Shown: positions 55,872 to 64,000 of the stretch, in pieces
How the letters are laid out: each line of letters starts with the position of its first letter
Numbering within the stretch: position 1 is the stretch's first letter
DNA from: a virus
Taxonomy: Duplodnaviria > Caudoviricetes
Strand: one strand, 5' to 3'
Virus record (IMG/VR): IMGVR_UViG_3300023053_000001
Span: 1 to 64,000 of that record
Length of the DNA stretch: 64,000 bases
The notes under the pieces: generated by a model
Seen by the model: only the letters and a program-made list of their open reading frames with translations
What the model was told of the DNA's origin: nothing
Database searches by the model: none
Translations under genes and position numbers: made by a program

Positions 55872-56356
55872 TGGAGGTTTCCGAAATCCAACAGCTCAAG
55901 CACACCGCGTTGTTTACGGTACTGTCTCACCACTTCCTGAAGAAGGCAAACCCGGAACGTACGGGACCGACCTGCTTGGAAATCAACGATTTCCTCAAAG
56001 CGATCGGTGTGATGCGCCTGAGCGCTGAACTGGAACGAGAGATCCGACACGTGGTGGAAAAGACGTTGGAGCCGTGCGTTGATCGCATGTACTACGACGA
56101 TGTGCTGCGCGAGTACACGATCTACTTCAACGAGAAGATCGCAATCGAGTACCCGTTCGTCTTCCTCGGTACGCACGGGCACAAGATCCCTGAGCACATG
56201 CAGCGCGAGTTCAACATCAAATCTCCGTCCATCCCTGCGGAGCAATCGGCTCCTCGCCCGTTACCGCAACGTCCACCGCTGCAGTTTGAATGTGAGAGCT
56301 ACTCTGCCTCCCTTCCCTCGAAAGCATCATTGAGAGCGGAAGGTCTAGTAAGGTGA
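55871..56356 (+). CDS. hypothetical protein
   Basis: TAATG coupling. Confidence 0.6.
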   Translation: MEVSEIQQLKHTALFTVLSHHFLKKANPERTGPTCLEINDFLKAIGVMRLSAELEREIRHVVEKTLEPCVDRMYYDDVLREYTIYFNEKIAIEYPFVFLGTHGHKIPEHMQREFNIKSPSIPAEQSAPRPLPQRPPLQFECESYSASLPSKASLRAEGLVR

Positions 56357-56414
56357 ATCAGTACGTATCCCCGACTGCTTAACGCAGTCGGGGTATGTCC
56401 GTCAGGAGAACATC

Positions 56415-56678
56415 ATGCAAGAGAAAATGAAGTTGCGCCAGCACCGCGGTTCGCTGGCCGAATCACTGGCTACGGAGGTGGAGATCTACAACACTCTCTA
56501 CGCACTCCACATCCACGTGGCCCGTGACCTGAAGCAGTTCGGTGTGGTGGTCCAACCCGAACAGATCAAAGTGAGCTTCTATGTTCACGATCCCCGAATT
56601 CATTGTGACACCTACTTGGTCGAAGTCGAAGGCTACGGCGTGTATGGGTTCACCAACAAACCACTGCGAGAAGAATGA
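56415..56678 (+). CDS. conserved small phage protein
   Basis: AGGAG RBS; RxHRGSLAES...DxRI..DTYxV...G..GFT pattern. Confidence 0.7.
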   Translation: MQEKMKLRQHRGSLAESLATEVEIYNTLYALHIHVARDLKQFGVVVQPEQIKVSFYVHDPRIHCDTYLVEVEGYGVYGFTNKPLREE

Positions 56679-56679
56679 C

Positions 56680-57609
56680 ATGAAAAAGTACATCAGCTAC
56701 TCCCTGCCCCTCACCCGCGAACAAGCGCAGGAAGTGATCGATGAACGTTCCAATGGCGGTTGGATCGAAGACACTGACGGTAAGCTCAGTCCCAATGGGG
56801 AATGGTGCTTGGCCGAGTTGGAAGCTTTCGTCATCCGGCGCCGTTATGACGAAGAGCAGAAGTTCACCTACCATACCCTGCCCGCGGGTAAGGAGGAGCA
56901 GGAACCGTTGTTCGGGTATACGCGCCAGTTGGCCGCAGACTGTGTCGCTGAGTTCCTGAAGGAAGAGCGCAAAGATCAGCCGCGGTTGGACGGTGTCTGC
57001 GCGAGCAAGAGTGGCCGTGCGTGGATCGACGGTTACTGGCACATCTCCCAACTGGAGTCGCTGTGCGCCCACCTGCGCTTCATCGCAGGTGACGGCGCTG
57101 ACGGCGCACTGGAAACCATTGCACTGTGGCAATTCTGGAAGGTGCGTGATTTCTTCCCGGAACCGCAGAGCGAGGAAGATGTCACGTGGCTGGATGCATT
57201 CCATCCGCTCATTCTCAAGATGCTCGCCGCCGGCATCAATCCGGATGCGTTCCCGCGCGTTTGGACGGCATTCCTGGAACATCAGCGCAAAGGCTGGAAG
57301 CTCCCCCGCATCGTCAGCGCCGCCAACGAGATCATCTACCGCGATCAGACCGGTCATGTGCGGAAGCTTGTAGTGGCCGGGGCCCGTCACTGCGACCAGA
57401 TCATGGGCGGTGTCACCGTGGCGTTGGAAGCACGTCATGGCACCTTGCCCGGCAGTCAGGTCTACGTCGATGAGGGGCAGGGCTTCATCGACAACTTCGG
57501 CAATTACTGGACGCGCTACGAGGCGTGGACCATTGCCGAGTTCCATGGACAGATCACCGAACGCATGGGTTGGTTGACCGGCCGTCTCCATTCCGAAAAC
57601 CTGTACTGA
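56680..57609 (+). CDS. multi-domain phage protein
   Basis: C-terminal GARH...QGFIDxFG...TRxEAWxIA...GQI...LxSExLY family motif. Confidence 0.7.
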   Translation: MKKYISYSLPLTREQAQEVIDERSNGGWIEDTDGKLSPNGEWCLAELEAFVIRRRYDEEQKFTYHTLPAGKEEQEPLFGYTRQLAADCVAEFLKEERKDQPRLDGVCASKSGRAWIDGYWHISQLESLCAHLRFIAGDGADGALETIALWQFWKVRDFFPEPQSEEDVTWLDAFHPLILKMLAAGINPDAFPRVWTAFLEHQRKGWKLPRIVSAANEIIYRDQTGHVRKLVVAGARHCDQIMGGVTVALEARHGTLPGSQVYVDEGQGFIDNFGNYWTRYEAWTIAEFHGQITERMGWLTGRLHSENLY

Positions 57610-57618
57610 GGTAGAGTT

Positions 57619-57981
57619 ATGCGTATCGTAAAAATGAAAGAATTCCTGCAGCTGCCCGAGGGCACTATCTTCTCGTTCTTCATGCACCATCACAGTACGG
57701 GACTTTACCGTTTCTGTGGCGCGTGCGGCGAGAACGACTTCAACTACGCTTCAGTGATCGGTACCGAGGATCTTGAAGCGGTCAGTTCCGAAGAGCATTT
57801 CGACGCCATCGGAAAGGCCAAGGAAGATTCCAGCATCGAACTGCCGATGTCCGGCGCCACTAACACTGAGCGTCGCGGGACTCGCGACAAGTACATCAGT
57901 GATACCGACCGGTTCTTGGTGTATAGCGATGAAGATGTGCGCGGCATGGTGCAGGCACTGCAGCATTCCTTCGTGATGTAA
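57619..57981 (+). CDS. conserved phage hypothetical protein
   Basis: GAGG RBS; MRIV..KEFL.LP.GT..S pattern. Confidence 0.7.
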   Translation: MRIVKMKEFLQLPEGTIFSFFMHHHSTGLYRFCGACGENDFNYASVIGTEDLEAVSSEEHFDAIGKAKEDSSIELPMSGATNTERRGTRDKYISDTDRFLVYSDEDVRGMVQALQHSFVM

Positions 57982-57994
57982 AATCGGAGGTAAT

Positions 57995-58645
57995 ATGCGG
58001 ATTACCCTGATTCGACATGGTGAGTCCATGGCGAACATCAAGCAACACGATTACAGCGCAGTGGGGGATCACATGGTCCCCCTGACCGAACGCGGCGTGT
58101 ATCAAGCACAGGTCGCCGGCAACATGCTCGGCGATGAACTGCAAGATGCACTGGATGGAAAGACGCTGGTGTACTGCTCTCCGTATCTGCGCACCCGCCA
58201 GACGTTGGAGAACATGTTCATCGGCGCCTATCTCAAAGATCGTCCTACGATCTACGAAGATCCGCGACTGCGTGAAACCGATCACGGCTACGAAGGTGCG
58301 AGCGAACAAAAACCGCTGCGCGCCATCCACGGCTGGTTCTACTACCGCTATCGTGGCGGTGAGAGTCCGGCCGATTGCTCTGATCGTGTCAGTAACTACC
58401 TTGAAAGCATGATGCGCCAGCGTAAGCGTAAGGGCGCAGAGAACATCGTCATTGTGAGCCACGGGTTGACCATCCGTTGCTTCTTGATGCGGTTCATGCA
58501 TTTGAAGGTAGAGGAATTTGAGAAGTTGGCCAATCCGGACAACTGCGACATCATCACCATTGGCCTGAAAGAAACCATCGCCGATCCCACACATACCTGC
58601 GGGCGATGGGCAATGACAGGCATCAAAGAGCGCAAGCAGCGCTAA
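57995..58645 (+). CDS. histidine phosphatase (phosphoglycerate mutase superfamily)
   Basis: LIRHGES, SPYLRTRQT, PRLRE, GGES and VSHG motifs. Confidence 0.9.
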   Translation: MRITLIRHGESMANIKQHDYSAVGDHMVPLTERGVYQAQVAGNMLGDELQDALDGKTLVYCSPYLRTRQTLENMFIGAYLKDRPTIYEDPRLRETDHGYEGASEQKPLRAIHGWFYYRYRGGESPADCSDRVSNYLESMMRQRKRKGAENIVIVSHGLTIRCFLMRFMHLKVEEFEKLANPDNCDIITIGLKETIADPTHTCGRWAMTGIKERKQR

Positions 58646-58652
58646 GGAAATC

Positions 58653-59267
58653 ATGAACGACATCGTCAAGCGTAAAGAAGACCTCGAACGCGCTGAGGGA
58701 CTGCGTCGCCTCAAGAGCGTGGACATGCCTGATGACGTGGCCGAGATGGTCTTCGAGCAGTTGCGCGCCTACCGGAATTTGATCTCCGTGCAGCAACCGG
58801 AACTGCGTTCGACCCAACCGGTGGACCTGACCGACATCGAGATCCTCGATTCGGCCTGGGCGTTCTCGGCTGAAGGTATCAACTACTTCCGTCTGGCCGT
58901 CAACGAAGCATTCGATCCGGACCAGTACGAGCGACTGGCGTGGATGGGCTTCGGATTCGAGCACGCTCTGGAACACAATCTCCGATTCACCCCGGAACAA
59001 GTTACCGCCACGGTTACCAAGTATTTCGATGCATGGATGCGCGAGCAGGGTGAGTTGCATGGCGTGCCGGAGGAAGAGTTCTCGGTCAACCTCGTCATGG
59101 GCTCGTTCTACTTCGCCTACCTGATGGCCCATTCCTGCGACGTCGGCATTTACCAGCGTGAGGCCGGTGGCCTGACGGTGTTCTTCAAGATCCTTCGCGG
59201 TTTGAAGGGAATCGACACAGTCCGCGTGGACTACTACCAAGATGCATGGGAGCATTACCAGAAATGA
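58653..59267 (+). CDS. hypothetical protein, 204 aa
   Basis: AAGGA RBS. Confidence 0.7.
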   Translation: MNDIVKRKEDLERAEGLRRLKSVDMPDDVAEMVFEQLRAYRNLISVQQPELRSTQPVDLTDIEILDSAWAFSAEGINYFRLAVNEAFDPDQYERLAWMGFGFEHALEHNLRFTPEQVTATVTKYFDAWMREQGELHGVPEEEFSVNLVMGSFYFAYLMAHSCDVGIYQREAGGLTVFFKILRGLKGIDTVRVDYYQDAWEHYQK

Positions 59268-59764
59268 GCGGTCAATACTGCGAGACCTGCTTCGGCACGC
59301 CATGCGCGTGCCTGGGGCCGGGGTTGCTGGTTTCCAGCAGTCCCAACCAGCCCCATGAGGCTGGACTGATCTACAAGGCCGGTGATAGCACGCCGCTGCC
59401 GCTGAAGCCGGTGTACTCGGAAAGCGCGGTGGTCATCACTCGCTGGAACCGTCACCGCGAATACCGCTGTAAGCATCACCCGGCAGTGGAAGGCATGTCC
59501 TATCAGGACGTGGAAACGATCTTCCACACCTCCGGTTGCCATCCGGTCACCGGTGACGACTGGGCGGTGATGGGGCAGATCCGTAACATCCAGGGTGTGC
59601 TCGTAGTGTGCCCGGGTCAGTGCGTGGTGGACCTGTTCCCCGGGTTCTATCTCGTGCTCAACTACGATGACGCCAAGCGCATGTTCCCGCACGCGCCGAT
59701 CGTCAACGACTTCACTGAACAGGAGCGCGCCCAATGGCCCGCAAAACCCGGTCTGGTATCGTAA
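59264..59764 (+). CDS. PGDYG-like phage protein with N-terminal CxxC..PCxC
   Basis: WN...HPAV...GxIxxIxGxxxVCPGQ pattern. Confidence 0.55.
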   Translation: MSGQYCETCFGTPCACLGPGLLVSSSPNQPHEAGLIYKAGDSTPLPLKPVYSESAVVITRWNRHREYRCKHHPAVEGMSYQDVETIFHTSGCHPVTGDDWAVMGQIRNIQGVLVVCPGQCVVDLFPGFYLVLNYDDAKRMFPHAPIVNDFTEQERAQWPAKPGLVS

Positions 59765-60225
59765 AGACCTATGTGGTACAGATCGTGCGCAATGGCAAAG
59801 TCGAACCGCTGAAGTTCAAAGCAGTTTCGATCCGTCATGCCGATCGAGTGTTGAGTGGGATGTTCATCTCCGGCGATTATGCGAACTGTTATCTGCTCAG
59901 TCCGGCTGAAAGACCCAAGCGGATCGGGAACAGTTCGTACCTGCGCTACATGGGACATCTCACCGGACCCGGTCCGTTCTACAGTGGTGTGTTCCGTCCT
60001 CAGGTGGAAACCGTCAAGGGTTGGCACATCAGTCCGCACCGCCGAGCCGATGCGTCCTACTTGCAGAACCACCGCGAGAACCTGTTCAACCTCTTCGGAC
60101 CATACAGCAAGCAGCTGTTGTCCAACAAGTCCAAGCACAAGGAACGCACCCGCCGTGAACCCTCAAGTCCCCTTCCTGGTAATGCCGGTGGTCAACCCGG
60201 TCCTGCTCTCCCCGTACAACCATGA
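59734..60225 (+). CDS. hypothetical protein (start uncertain)
   Basis: ORF between neighbouring genes. Confidence 0.5.
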   Translation: MARKTRSGIVKTYVVQIVRNGKVEPLKFKAVSIRHADRVLSGMFISGDYANCYLLSPAERPKRIGNSSYLRYMGHLTGPGPFYSGVFRPQVETVKGWHISPHRRADASYLQNHRENLFNLFGPYSKQLLSNKSKHKERTRREPSSPLPGNAGGQPGPALPVQP

Positions 60226-60805
60226 GAGCATGTGGACCATCAAAAAGCCGCTGGTGGTCAAAGCCAACGGCGCTGATGTCACGCTGACCCACATCGCAGC
60301 GACAGGTCATTGGCACGATACCGTGGATCTGGTTCTTCTCTTCCGCAACCTCGAAGATCCGCTGGACATCATCAAGACCGTGTTGAGTAAGATCAACCGA
60401 GGACCGCACGGGAAACTGCTGTACTTCATGTCCGATCGTGGTCCTGTCATCATGACGTTTGATCACGATGATGCCGAGTGCTATCTGTACAAGGAGCCGG
60501 TGGTCATCACTCGGAAGGACTATGACCTGCGCGATACGGTCAAGTACGTCATCGGCGACATCCGTTACAACCAACTGCGGTTGGAAGATAAGTTGGAGCT
60601 GGTCCAGGAAATGTGGCGTTACGCCAAGGAAGGGTTGGGAAGCGATGGCCGTTACTTCGGCCAGCATATTCATACCGCCCTGGCCGAATTGCGCAAGACC
60701 TTCCGTAGCCCGGCGCTGTTTACGGAGGTTCCGGAAGTGGAAATCCATGCGCTCTTCCGCGAAGTTTACCGTGTCATGAATCCGGCCATCGAAGCCTCGC
60801 GTTAA
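60155..60805 (+). CDS. hypothetical protein (start uncertain)
   Basis: Coding-biased ORF. Confidence 0.6.
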   Translation: MNPQVPFLVMPVVNPVLLSPYNHESMWTIKKPLVVKANGADVTLTHIAATGHWHDTVDLVLLFRNLEDPLDIIKTVLSKINRGPHGKLLYFMSDRGPVIMTFDHDDAECYLYKEPVVITRKDYDLRDTVKYVIGDIRYNQLRLEDKLELVQEMWRYAKEGLGSDGRYFGQHIHTALAELRKTFRSPALFTEVPEVEIHALFREVYRVMNPAIEASR

Positions 60806-60860
60806 CCCCGGCCGTATTTTTTAGCTAGCTGTACTCACCCTATAACCCCTATCCCAAAGA

Positions 60861-62564
60861 GTGCTTCAATTGAACGCTGAAACCAACACCGATACCCTCG
60901 ACGCCGTCCAGGACGTGATTGCCAAAATGGAAGATCCGACCATCACCGCTCCGCGCCTGACGGCCAAGCAGACCCGCACGATCCTGTCGCGCCTGGACAA
61001 CCACGTCCAGAAGCAGATGCGTGAGCTGGGCCTGTACCAGTCCATCGCCGGCCGCGCGTTCCGCTCGGGTCTGAATGCCTTCCTGAACCGTTCGGTCCAG
61101 CCGGCAGCTGCTGCCCTGCACATCGAGATGGGTAAGGACGCCGATACCGGCGCCAGCCTGTTCACCGTGGGTCTGGACCGCACCGCTTTCGGCGCCAGCA
61201 TCAACCCGATGGACACCGGCGGTTACGACCTCGATCCGGACAACAGCGCCGAGCGCCACACCCGCATCTACGACCGCCCGTTCCTGCTGGTGTCCAGCCA
61301 GAAGTTCCCGGCCGGCACCGAAGACCTGCCGGAAGCGGACCTGCTGACCATGTCCATGGTGCCCAACGGCATGGCCAACCTGGAAGGGCAGGCCCAGCAG
61401 ATCGTGGCGAACTCCCCGGACCGTGGCCTGATCACGTTCTACCAGGCGTTCGTGACCTACTTCATCAACGCCCTGTGGACCAGCGACAAGCTGCGCAAGA
61501 ACCTGAAGGCGCGCACCTTCCTGCCGCACGTGCGCCACTACCAGCTCGAGCCGACCGATCGCCAGATCCGTTTCGTGTTCGACATCGGTACCCGCGTGCA
61601 GGAAGACGGCATGGTCGAAAAGACCATCGGCATGGGTGAAGACGTCAAGGTGGAAATGGTCCCCGGCAAGGTGTGGCGTTTCACCGGCGAGTGCGAGCGT
61701 ATCACCGTCTGCATCGATCCGCTGCAGATGTTCCAGTCCTCGCGCATCGACCAGTGGTACCCGCAGCTGTACGCTGCCCAGGACGCCGCCGCCGAAGCTG
61801 CTGCCCAGCAGGCAGCCGAAGCACTGGTGGAAAAGCAGAACGGTGACACCTCCGCGCCGATCGATGTCTCCGAGATCGTCGGCAATGACGATGTCGAATT
61901 GACCCTGGAAGATGCCGTCCTGCTGCCGCTGGGTCGTCCGACCCTGGCCGGTCGCATCTACCCGCCGGAACTGCTCGAAGCCCAGTTGGCTGAAGGCGGT
62001 CAGCTGCACGGCCTGATCGAGCGTGACACCGTGTACGGCGAATTCGACGTACCGCGCAACCCGGTCGGCTCCACCGGCCAGCAGTGGGCGGCTCGTGTCG
62101 CTGAAGTCAAGCTGGACCGCGTCGCGCTGAAGGTGGAGAACATCCGCGTCAACGAAGCCCGTGACGCGCTGATCGGCAAGGTCATCCCGTTCGGCCCGCT
62201 GGCTCCGGCACTGCGTGAGCTGATCGCTCGCAAGGCACCGGTGGCCTTCGCCATGCGTTCGTTCACCGTCGAAGACGGCGAGAACCCCAAGCGCGTGAAG
62301 GAACTGCGTGCCGTGGTGGCGTTCGATCTGGTGGGCAATACCTCCACGCCGGAACTGCTGGAAGAGATCCGCCAGTCCCTGCCGGAAGGCGCGGTCATCC
62401 CGACCGACCCGAGTGGCCAGCCCTACTCCTACGGCACGCATCTCGCCGATCCGGAAACGGGCGTGATGGAACGTCGTCCGGATCTGGACAACCCGGTACC
62501 GGTGGAACCGATCAAGGTTGCTGACGCAACCCAGGTCGAAGCCTTCGACGGTCAGAGCAAGTGA
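60861..62564 (+). CDS. 567-aa protein with C-terminal T4 gp21-like prohead-protease domain, catalytic residues apparently lost
   Basis: AGRIYP, VYGEFDVP, PFGPL and AFAMRS correspond to NGRxYP, LGELxHP, TPxG and SSRG; extreme GC3. Confidence 0.6.
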   Translation: MLQLNAETNTDTLDAVQDVIAKMEDPTITAPRLTAKQTRTILSRLDNHVQKQMRELGLYQSIAGRAFRSGLNAFLNRSVQPAAAALHIEMGKDADTGASLFTVGLDRTAFGASINPMDTGGYDLDPDNSAERHTRIYDRPFLLVSSQKFPAGTEDLPEADLLTMSMVPNGMANLEGQAQQIVANSPDRGLITFYQAFVTYFINALWTSDKLRKNLKARTFLPHVRHYQLEPTDRQIRFVFDIGTRVQEDGMVEKTIGMGEDVKVEMVPGKVWRFTGECERITVCIDPLQMFQSSRIDQWYPQLYAAQDAAAEAAAQQAAEALVEKQNGDTSAPIDVSEIVGNDDVELTLEDAVLLPLGRPTLAGRIYPPELLEAQLAEGGQLHGLIERDTVYGEFDVPRNPVGSTGQQWAARVAEVKLDRVALKVENIRVNEARDALIGKVIPFGPLAPALRELIARKAPVAFAMRSFTVEDGENPKRVKELRAVVAFDLVGNTSTPELLEEIRQSLPEGAVIPTDPSGQPYSYGTHLADPETGVMERRPDLDNPVPVEPIKVADATQVEAFDGQSK

Positions 62565-62638
62565 TTCAAGCGGCGTGAGGTTTGCCGCAGCCTCACGCCG
62601 TTCTTTTCTGCGGCGACTACCAAAGAGGATGTAAACTC

Positions 62639-63376
62639 ATGAATACCCCGACTGGAATCCAGGTGTCTTCTAAGCTCCTGCCAGCGATTGATGAGACCCT
62701 CGGTCAGACTGACCTGATCGTGATGCTGGTTCACCCCGGCGCGGACCGTTTCACTGTGGAAGAACATTGGAACCGACTCCAGCAGGAGTTGGAGGGACAG
62801 GCGATCTTCCGCGACAAGCGTGGTGAGACCGAGTCCCACGGAGAGTTCCAAATGTGGCTTGGTAACATGCGCCGTAGTCGAGATCGTCGACTGAAGCCCA
62901 CGTTCATCATCTTCACCTTCTCCCAGCGTTTCGCTCAGCTGGAAATGGAAAGCGATGTCAGCTTCCACTACTTCCCGGGACACTGGCAGGTGAACCTGCA
63001 GCGTGGTAAGTTGCGTCGAGAGACCGTACCGACGGAACCGAACGTGCTGGTGCTGCCCCGGTTGCAAAACCAGTCGTACCGCGCCGACAATGGTGCAATA
63101 CCACCGCGTCTACAGGTCGCCATCACTGGCGATCGTGCGCAAGACGGTAAGTCCACCCTTGCGCTGGAATTGCGGGAGTTCCTCCGTCAACGTTACCCGA
63201 GCATCGAGGTGGAGCATTACTCCTCCGAAATGAATCTGGAAGCGTGGGAACACGCTGGTGAGGATAAGCGCACGATCAACGCATCGGTCATTCAGATTCT
63301 CGATGTCAATGAACGGGTAAAGCCCCAGTCCAAGCTGAAGGGCATGCACGTTCGCCATTTCAATCATAAGCCGTAA
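62639..63376 (+). CDS. hypothetical protein with C-terminal P-loop-like segment
   Basis: GAGGA RBS; VAITGDRAQDGKSTLA. Confidence 0.65.
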   Translation: MNTPTGIQVSSKLLPAIDETLGQTDLIVMLVHPGADRFTVEEHWNRLQQELEGQAIFRDKRGETESHGEFQMWLGNMRRSRDRRLKPTFIIFTFSQRFAQLEMESDVSFHYFPGHWQVNLQRGKLRRETVPTEPNVLVLPRLQNQSYRADNGAIPPRLQVAITGDRAQDGKSTLALELREFLRQRYPSIEVEHYSSEMNLEAWEHAGEDKRTINASVIQILDVNERVKPQSKLKGMHVRHFNHKP

Positions 63377-63401
63377 CGTAGTACAGGAGTAAGGTAACCC
63401 C

Positions 63402-64000
63402 ATGGCTGTTTTGACAAGGCGCAATAAAGGAGAGCTGGCCAGTCACTGGCCCAGCCATCTGCCGGAGTGGTTGTGCCACATCTACGCAGCACGTGGGGTT
63501 ACCTCCGCCCACGAACTGGATCGTCGTCTTTGCAACCTCATCAGCCCCTCGCTGATGGGTGGCATTGAGAAGGTCGTGGAGGTGATGTGTGATGCCGTGA
63601 CGACCGGTAAGCACATCACCGTTGCGGGCGACTACGACTGTGACGGTGCTACAGGCACCGCTACGGCCGTACGTGGCCTTCGTCTGCTTGGAGCCAAGAA
63701 GGTATCGTTCATCGTACCGGATCGCTTCAAGCACGGTTACGGGCTGTCTCCGGCCCTAGTGGATGCGATGGACCCGACCACGGAAGTGATCGTGACTGTC
63801 GATAGCGGCACTTCCTCCATGGAAGGTGTCGTACACGCCAAATCCCTCGGTCGTACTGTGGTGGTCACCGATCACCATTTGCCGGCTGAGTACCTGCCTC
63901 CGGTTGATGCCATCGTCAACCCGAATCTGAAGGGCGATCCGTTCCCTTCCAAGATGCTGGCCGGTGTAGGCGTGATGTTCTACGTGCTGTGCGCCATGCG
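63402..64000 (+). CDS. recJ: RecJ ssDNA exonuclease (3'-truncated by window end; not in ORF track)
   Basis: AGGAG RBS; ARGV, GDYDCDGAT, PDRFKHGYGLS, IVTVDSG, TDHHLP, IVNPN and LAGVGV motifs. Confidence 0.95.
   Translation, partial: MAVLTRRNKGELASHWPSHLPEWLCHIYAARGVTSAHELDRRLCNLISPSLMGGIEKVVEVMCDAVTTGKHITVAGDYDCDGATGTATAVRGLRLLGAKKVSFIVPDRFKHGYGLSPALVDAMDPTTEVIVTVDSGTSSMEGVVHAKSLGRTVVVTDHHLPAEYLPPVDAIVNPNLKGDPFPSKMLAGVGVMFYVLCAM

Noticed and set aside
1-64000. CRISPR arrays, integrase, transposase or reverse transcriptase
   Set aside because: No regularly spaced direct repeats and no diagnostic motifs were seen

Overview
A 64-kb segment of a GC-rich phiKZ-like (Chimalliviridae-type) jumbo phage genome. 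The host is probably a Xanthomonadales-type gammaproteobacterium, inferred from host-like recJ and sspB. All family calls come from motif recognition by eye; no database search was run. Layout: (1) 0.5-23 kb is a core virion module with baseplate/tube-like genes and five tandem inner-head paralogs carrying S/A-x-E maturation sites, interrupted by a small accessory island at 15-17.5 kb that includes a Tad1-like gene. (2) 23-39.8 kb is accessory/metabolic DNA: tmk, DHH phosphoesterase, endolysin, SLOG, HD/PDE-like protein, thyA and an Nlig-Ia domain protein. (3) Two more head paralogs lie on the minus strand at 39.9-42.6 kb. (4) 43-64 kb holds spanins, an H1-like protein, sspB, dcd, a His-phosphatase, a degenerate prohead-protease-like protein and recJ. 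The most striking signal is non-coding: an ~800-nt densely paired RNA (about 46880-47693) with a deviant tRNA-like cloverleaf nested in long helices. A second ~290-nt structured RNA with an H-type pseudoknot lies at 34358-34658, and a weaker third candidate at 45361-45572. Genes missed by the ORF track include an embedded o-spanin, a lipoprotein coupled to a transglutaminase-like peptidase, and recJ.
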